From the NCBI GenBank assembly GCA_965209055.1, contig OZ242374.1, positions 2,048,001 through 2,112,000 of the forward strand: a stretch of DNA of 64,000 nucleotides, in the 5' to 3' direction. Below, piece after piece: positions 58,492-64,000 of this stretch. Each line of letters opens with the position of its first letter. Within the stretch, counting starts at the first letter, position 1. The stretch comes from Acidobacteriota bacterium (lineage in GTDB: Bacteria > Acidobacteriota > UBA6911 > RPQK01 > JAJDTT01). The notes under the pieces were generated by a model that was given only the letters and a program-made list of their open reading frames with translations, ran no database searches and was not told where the DNA came from. Both the position numbers and the translations under genes were made by a program.

Positions 58492-58542
58492 GGGACTGTT
58501 AGTCCCCGACTGGGGGGTGCAGGGGGGCGATAGCCCCCCTCC
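58492..58542. repeat. Right part of the interrupted REP doublet
   Basis: GGGACTGTTAGTCCCCG and inverted GGAGGGGGGCTATCGCCCCCCT. Confidence 0.75.
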
Positions 58543-58657
58543 GCGCTTCAAACAACCGAAAAAACCCCGGTCCATCGCAATTCCCCAAACCCCACCTCTT
58601 CCCTCTTTAACTCTTCCCTCTTTGCTCTCTCCCCTTTACTCTCTTCCCAGCACCACC

Positions 58658-59860
58658 ATGCCCCCACCGCCCTCCAACAGACGAAGCTTCCTCACCCACC
58701 TGAGCGCCGGCGCCCTCCTCTCAGCCGCGCCGCCCCTCCGGGCCGCCTCCGAACCGGAGTCCGGCTACCACCCCCAAGACTTGGGCCTCGACCCCGCCCG
58801 CCTCGACCGCGCCTACGCCCTGGTCCAGCGCATGCTCTCCCCCCGCCCCGAATACGGCGCCGCCATCCTGGCCGGCCGGCGCGACCGCATCCTCCCTCCC
58901 CGCGCCTTCGGCCGAATGGGTACCCTCGACGCTCCGGAAGTGCGTCCCGATACCATCTTCCTCATCGCCTCCTGCACCAAGCCCATCGTCGCCAGCGCCG
59001 CCTGCCTCCTGATCGAACGGGGCCTTCTGGAACTTGACCAGCCCCTCCACGAGATCATTCCGGAAATCGCGGAAGAGCAGCACGGAATCCGCCTCATCCA
59101 CCTCATGACCCACACCTCCGGTTTCGGCTCCATCCCCCGCAACCAGGAATTCCGGGCCACCCGCCAACCTCTGGACCGGTTCCTCCGCGAGATGTTCAAA
59201 CGGCGGACGTCCGACTTCGCGCCCGGCAAAGGAGTCAAGTACTGCAACGCCGGCTTCCTCCTCCTGAGTGAAGCGATCCGCCGCGCTAGCGGCATGTCCA
59301 CCCCCGATTTCCTGAAAAAGGAGTTCTTCCGGCCCCTGGGTATGCCCGACTCGTTCCTGGGACGGACCGACCAGGACCGGAGCCGGATCTCAGACTGTGT
59401 CCTGCCTCCCGAGCTGGCGGCGGCGGTGAGCAACTGGAACACCGACTACTTCCACCGCCTGGCCAACCCCTGGGGCGGGATCTTCTCCACGGTGCGCGAC
59501 TACAGCCGGTTTCTCCAGATGCTCCTCAACGGCGGAGAGTACCGGGGAGTTCGCGTTTTCAGCCCGGCCACGGTCCGGATGATGACCGGCAACCAGATCC
59601 CGCGGCTTCCCGGCTTGAGCCAGGCTCACCGGATCGCCCACGCCACGGGCCTGGGTTGGCAACTGCGGGACAACGGGCACTTCAAATTCATGGGAAGCCT
59701 GGTCTCGCCGCAGTCCTACGGCCACTACGGCGTGACGGGCTGCTCGGTGTGGGCCGACCCGGAGACCGGCCTCTTCATGACCCTGTTCAGCAACAAGCCC
59801 TACAGCGACCGGGAGCTGGGAATCGTCTCCAACGCCGTCGCCTCCTCCTTGGTGGAATAA
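58658..59860 (+). CDS. Tat-exported serine hydrolase (beta-lactamase/AmpC fold)
   Basis: NRRSFL, IASCTK (SxxK), LMTHTSG, YCN, GHYG. Confidence 0.9.
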   Translation: MPPPPSNRRSFLTHLSAGALLSAAPPLRAASEPESGYHPQDLGLDPARLDRAYALVQRMLSPRPEYGAAILAGRRDRILPPRAFGRMGTLDAPEVRPDTIFLIASCTKPIVASAACLLIERGLLELDQPLHEIIPEIAEEQHGIRLIHLMTHTSGFGSIPRNQEFRATRQPLDRFLREMFKRRTSDFAPGKGVKYCNAGFLLLSEAIRRASGMSTPDFLKKEFFRPLGMPDSFLGRTDQDRSRISDCVLPPELAAAVSNWNTDYFHRLANPWGGIFSTVRDYSRFLQMLLNGGEYRGVRVFSPATVRMMTGNQIPRLPGLSQAHRIAHATGLGWQLRDNGHFKFMGSLVSPQSYGHYGVTGCSVWADPETGLFMTLFSNKPYSDRELGIVSNAVASSLVE

Positions 59861-59915
59861 CGGCCAGGCCCCCCCGGCGGCGACTGCATTGAACCGCCTC
59901 GACGACGCCGCGGTC

Positions 59916-59939
59916 GTAGGGGCACCCCTTATGGGTGCC
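59916..59939 (+). repeat. GTAG-type REP
   Basis: GTAGGGGCACCCCTTATGGGTGCC. Confidence 0.7.
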
Positions 59940-59986
59940 ATCTTACTCCCCGCATTGCAGCCGGCTTGGCCCGGTGGGAACCCACT

Positions 59987-60190
59987 TCAATTCCCACGTT
60001 GCCGGTTCAAGAGTTGCGAGTAGGCCTTTTGGATCGACGTCACCAGGGCGTGCCCCGGCCCCAGGCTCTGCTTTCCGATGTCCAGGGCCCTCCGGAGGAG
60101 CGGTTCGGCTTCGGCGAACCGTTGGTGGTCCCGATAGAGGAATCCAAGATTCCCGAGGCTCCAAGCCACCTGTGGATGCCCCGGCGCTGG
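59987..60190 (-). pseudogene. C-terminal fragment of a kinesin-light-chain-type TPR gene
   Basis: PGHPQVAWSLGNLGFLYRDHQRFAEAEPLLRRALDIGKQSLGPGH. Confidence 0.75.
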
Positions 60191-60237
60191 AGCCTACGGG
60201 AGGGCTTTGGAACGGTGGAAGGTGAGGAGCGGGATGC

Positions 60238-61080
60238 TTAGGGCACGGGGCCTATGAACCCCGCGTCCGCGCCGTCGCCCTCTCCCGGGAGGGCCGCGTA
60301 GGGATAGCAGAAAAGGGCGCCGTCGATAGGAGAGACGCTGATGTGCGCCTGGACGTTGAAGACCGAAGCGAGCACGTCCTCTCGAATGACCTCTGTGGGC
60401 AGGCCTTCCTCAACAATACGGCCACCGTGCAGAACCACCAGGCGCTCCGCGTACTGGGACGCCTGATTCAGGTCATGGAGCGCCATGACCACGGTAAGGC
60501 CGTGCTCACGGTTCAACGCCTGGATGAGGTTGAGCGCCTGGATCTGATGATTGACGTCCAGGAACGTCGTGGGCTCGTCTAAAAGGAGGATGCGCGGCTC
60601 CTGCGCCAGGGCAAGCGCTATCCAGACCCGCTGGCGCTCACCCCCGGAGAGGCTATCCAGGAGACGGTGACGGAAACGGCTGGAGGACGTGAGCTCCAGC
60701 GCCCGCTCAACCGCCGCGCGGTCCCTGTCCGAACGCATTCGGAGCGGGCCCGTATGGGGATACCGGCCCTGTTCGACCAGCTCCTGCACAGTCATCCCCG
60801 GAACGGCACCCGGCGACTGCGACAGCGTCGCGATCTGCCGCGCCACTTGGCCGGGGGACATCCTGGCCATGGCTGCGCCATCCAGCAGCACGGAGCCCAT
60901 CTCGGGGCGTAGGAGGCGGGCAAGCGTGCGAAGCAGGGTGGACTTCCCGGAACCGTTGGGGCCGATGATGGCAGTCACGGTCCCCCGTAGAATGGAGAGC
61001 GTCACCTCCTTCAGCACCAGGCTCTTGCCCAGACGCACGGAGATGGCCTTGGCGTCCAATACGACCGTGTCTCGCATCAT
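60238..61080 (-). CDS. Iron-siderophore/cobalamin ABC transporter ATPase
   Basis: GPNGSGKST, LSGGERQRVWIA, LDEPT, HDLNQA. Confidence 0.93.
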   Translation of the reverse strand: MMRDTVVLDAKAISVRLGKSLVLKEVTLSILRGTVTAIIGPNGSGKSTLLRTLARLLRPEMGSVLLDGAAMARMSPGQVARQIATLSQSPGAVPGMTVQELVEQGRYPHTGPLRMRSDRDRAAVERALELTSSSRFRHRLLDSLSGGERQRVWIALALAQEPRILLLDEPTTFLDVNHQIQALNLIQALNREHGLTVVMALHDLNQASQYAERLVVLHGGRIVEEGLPTEVIREDVLASVFNVQAHISVSPIDGALFCYPYAALPGEGDGADAGFIGPVP

Positions 61081-62147
61081 CGCGCCGCCTCCCGGCGAAG
61101 GATATAGAGGAAGAACGGCGCCCCGATGAACGCCATGACCGCTCCGACCGGCAGCCCTGGCCGGTGAGTCGGCGCCGGGAAGGGTGGGCGTAGGGTGATC
61201 CCCTGGGAAATGATGTCCGCTCCGATGAGCAGCGCCGCACCAGCCACAGCGGCCACCGGCAGCAGGCGGCGGGCATCCTCCTCGGTCAGCCAGCGCGCGA
61301 TGTGCGGGGCCACGAGGCCGAGGAACCCGACAGCTCCCACCACCGAGACCGCCGCCGCGGTGAGCAGGGCGGCGAGGCAGAAGAGCGCCGTGCGCGCAAC
61401 GTTGACCCGCATCCCCCTGGCGGCGGCCGCGATGTCCCCAAGCTGGAGGACGTTCAGAGGCCGGGCGGCCAGCAGCGCCAACGGCAGCGCCGCCACCGCC
61501 CACGGCCACAGCTGGTCCCAGTGGACCCAGATGCGGCCATTCAACGATCCGATGATCCAGGGGAGGATGCCTCCCATGCCGGCCTGGGCGCGCAGCATGA
61601 TGAACGCGGTCACGGACGACAAGATGGCGCTGACCAACACCCCGCTGAGCACCAACCGCAGTGGATGGACTCCGCCGCGCCAGCTCAGGGCGAAGACTAC
61701 CGCGCCCGCGCCCAAGCAACCAAGCAACACGACGAGGGGCATGAAACGCCCAGGGTGCGGAAGCCCTCCGATACCCACGGTCCACAGAACGGCGACGAGG
61801 ATTCCCCCCGCCGTCACGCCGGTAATGCCCGGCTCCGCCAGTTTGTTCCGCATGACGACCTGGAGAACCGCCCCAGCCGTCCCCAGCAGGGCTCCGGCGA
61901 CGATGGCGATGAGCGACCTGGGAAGTCGCAGGTCCCAGACCACAGTCCGATGCAGGTCGTCGGCCTGCCGTCCCAAGAGCGACGCTAGCACCTCGCCCGG
62001 TCCCAGCCGCACCGTGCCCGTGCACAGATGCACGACGAACAGCACACCGATGAGCGCCAGCCCCCCGGCGAGCAGCACGGAGAATCGCCTGGCCCCCCAA
62101 GCGCGCCCGTCCGTTACGCTCGCCCGCCCGTCAGTCTCGATGGTCAC
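61077..62147 (-). CDS. FecCD-family permease
   Basis: LRLPR, RNKLAEP, VGFLGLVAPH. Confidence 0.92.
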   Translation of the reverse strand: MTIETDGRASVTDGRAWGARRFSVLLAGGLALIGVLFVVHLCTGTVRLGPGEVLASLLGRQADDLHRTVVWDLRLPRSLIAIVAGALLGTAGAVLQVVMRNKLAEPGITGVTAGGILVAVLWTVGIGGLPHPGRFMPLVVLLGCLGAGAVVFALSWRGGVHPLRLVLSGVLVSAILSSVTAFIMLRAQAGMGGILPWIIGSLNGRIWVHWDQLWPWAVAALPLALLAARPLNVLQLGDIAAAARGMRVNVARTALFCLAALLTAAAVSVVGAVGFLGLVAPHIARWLTEEDARRLLPVAAVAGAALLIGADIISQGITLRPPFPAPTHRPGLPVGAVMAFIGAPFFLYILRREAAR

Positions 62148-63189
62148 TTCTGAGAATCTTGTCTCTGAGCAGCAGAAGCAGGACCGGCCCGCCCAGCACC
62201 ACCGTCCATAGCCCCACGGGCGTCTCCGCGGGGGCGATGGCGAGTTTAGCTCCAACATCCGCCATCGTGAGGAGCGCAGTGCCCATTAGCGCGGAGAAGG
62301 CAAGTACCTTGCGCGGGTCCTCACTGCGTAGGACTCGACGGGTTAGATGCGGGGCAAGGAGTCCTATCCACCCGATAGGGCCGGCGACGGCCACCACCGC
62401 AGCCACAAGCCCGGCGCCGAGCAGGAGTACCAGCGTCCGAACGCGCCCGACGCTCATCCCCAACGACTGTGCTGCATGGTCGCCCAGACGGAGCGTGTTC
62501 AACGGTCGCGCCAGCAGCAGGCCCAGAGGGAGGCAGATCGCCACCCAGGGCGCGACGATCCAGACATGCTCCCACGTTCTGTTCGCTAGACTGCCCAGCA
62601 GGAAGTAGAACAGGACGAGGGTCGACCCGCTGGTCCCCGCCAGGCTGATGAGGGCGATGATGCACGCATTGATGAAGGCCGCCACCGCGACGCCGATGAG
62701 CACGATCTGCAGAGTGTTCCGTGCGCCCTTCGCCGCGATGATCACCACGGCCCCCGCGAGCAGGCCGCCCGCGAGCGCCACCCAGGGATGGAACACCAGG
62801 AGCAGCGGGACCTGGAAGAGTGTGACGACCGCCACGGCAAGGGAGGCCCCCGAGGCCACGCCCAGCAGCTCCGGGCCCGCCAGCGGGTTTCTCAGGCCGT
62901 CCTGCATCATCGCCCCCGCCAAGCCCAGCGCCGCCCCGCTAAGGATGCCGAGCACCACCCTGGGAGCGCGCAACTCGCGGACGGACAGCCGCGCCAAGCG
63001 CTCCGCATCCTCTCCCAAGAGGATGCCCCATGCTTCCGCCATCGAGAGCTTGGGTATACCGTAGGCAAGGGAGAACGAGGCCGCCACGACGATGCAGAGG
63101 AGCAGGCCCGTGGCAATCAGAAGAAGCTTGATGAACTCCCACCGCGTGCTCACGGGTCTGGCTGTCGCTGCTTGGCTGCACCTGGACAT
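62131..63189 (-). CDS. FecCD-family permease
   Basis: LRAPR, RNPLAGP, IGWIGLLAPH. Confidence 0.92.
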   Translation of the reverse strand: MSRCSQAATARPVSTRWEFIKLLLIATGLLLCIVVAASFSLAYGIPKLSMAEAWGILLGEDAERLARLSVRELRAPRVVLGILSGAALGLAGAMMQDGLRNPLAGPELLGVASGASLAVAVVTLFQVPLLLVFHPWVALAGGLLAGAVVIIAAKGARNTLQIVLIGVAVAAFINACIIALISLAGTSGSTLVLFYFLLGSLANRTWEHVWIVAPWVAICLPLGLLLARPLNTLRLGDHAAQSLGMSVGRVRTLVLLLGAGLVAAVVAVAGPIGWIGLLAPHLTRRVLRSEDPRKVLAFSALMGTALLTMADVGAKLAIAPAETPVGLWTVVLGGPVLLLLLRDKILRSDHRD

Positions 63190-63195
63190 GGTGCC

Positions 63196-64000
63196 CTAGT
63201 TACCGAACACGTCTGGGTAGAGCAAGGGCATCGCCTCATCCAGCACCAGCCCGAGGGATCGGGTCCCACGCCCGGTGCTCCAGAGACCGAAGCTGACCTC
63301 GTGGACCTCACCGTTCTGAACCGCTCGAAGCTCGCTCCATAGCGGGTTCGCGGCGAGCTGTTCCGCCAGAGGCGGTGGCTGGAACCCAGGGAAAGCGATA
63401 GTCTGAACAAAGATTACATCAGGGTCAACGCTGAGGATCCCCTCCAGCGAAAACTGCATGCTGCCTGACGAGTGCCCGCCCTGGTCCAGGGACGGGTTCG
63501 GCCAGGGGTAGCCGGTCACTTCCGCCAGGAGCCCGCCGGTCAATGCGCTCTCGGTGTTGATACCAAAATTGGCGTCGGAACCATACATCACCAAGGCGGT
63601 GCGGTCCTTTGGCGAGCGCGCCATGTAGTCTTCCAGCTTGCTCAGGAACCGTTGCGCCCCCTTTTCAGCCTCCGCCGAGCGTCCCATCGCCGCCCCGACC
63701 TCTCTCAGGCAGTGGATGGAGTCCTCATAGGTCAGGGGGTTCACAATGTATAGCGGAGCGATGGGGCGTAGCGCGTCCCGCAGGCTGTTATGCACGCCCC
63801 CCAGCCCGATCACGAGGTCCGGCTCAGCGGCAGCAATGTCCTCCAGGCTGGGCTCGAAGAACGACCCGCCGATCACTCGGAACTTGTCCGCTCTGCTGCC
63901 GAAGAACCGTGGGTCCGAGGAGAGCGGGTCATTGACCGCCACGGGCTCCAGTCCCAGCTCGGCCATGATGTCCGGGCATATCTCCGTGAGACACGCCACG
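63196..64000 (-). CDS. Iron-siderophore ABC substrate-binding protein, 5'-truncated by window edge
   Basis: PSLEDIAAAEPDLVIG, SLEGILSVDPDVIF, WSELRAVQNG. Confidence 0.9.
   Translation of the reverse strand, partial: VACLTEICPDIMAELGLEPVAVNDPLSSDPRFFGSRADKFRVIGGSFFEPSLEDIAAAEPDLVIGLGGVHNSLRDALRPIAPLYIVNPLTYEDSIHCLREVGAAMGRSAEAEKGAQRFLSKLEDYMARSPKDRTALVMYGSDANFGINTESALTGGLLAEVTGYPWPNPSLDQGGHSSGSMQFSLEGILSVDPDVIFVQTIAFPGFQPPPLAEQLAANPLWSELRAVQNGEVHEVSFGLWSTGRGTRSLGLVLDEAMPLLYPDVFGN

Larger units (their letters stand above)
47927..58505. mobile_element. Integrative defence island bounded by 14-bp direct repeat GGGACTGTTAGTCC
   Basis: DR at 47927-47940 and 58492-58505; integrase at one end; inverted TAAyCyrTTGAAAA 40-41 bp inside each junction; AT-richer cargo. 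Confidence 0.8.

Overview
GC-rich bacterial chromosomal window. PSD1/DUF1501 pairs, a sulfatase and BNR proteins suggest an Acidobacteria/Planctomycetes-like host (inference). Core-type genes are interleaved with nine type II toxin-antitoxin operons, a fic gene, several truncated gene-end duplicates and many GGAG/GTAG REP-type palindromes. Four things stand out. (1) A short imperfect dyad (consensus ~AAGGGGAC-A-GTCACCYY) marks almost every module boundary between 12.3 and 21.8 kb and sits at gene-truncation junctions, like an integron-style cassette array without attC sites. (2) A ~10.6 kb tyrosine-integrase defence island (47927-58505: AbiTii, HNH, FRG, type IIG R-M, tRNA-Leu(UAA), Abi-alpha) appears integrated into a REP palindrome that mimics a tRNA anticodon arm. 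It has a 14-bp direct repeat, symmetric arm-like sites and a tRNA 5'-half relic. (3) An IS110-derived gene has lost all four DEDD residues and is frameshifted by an 8-bp tandem repeat. (4) A lexA-imuA-imuB-dnaE2 cassette has a perfect AGAC-N4-GTCT operator and a single in-frame stop in dnaE2. All family calls come from motif recognition by eye; no database searches were run.
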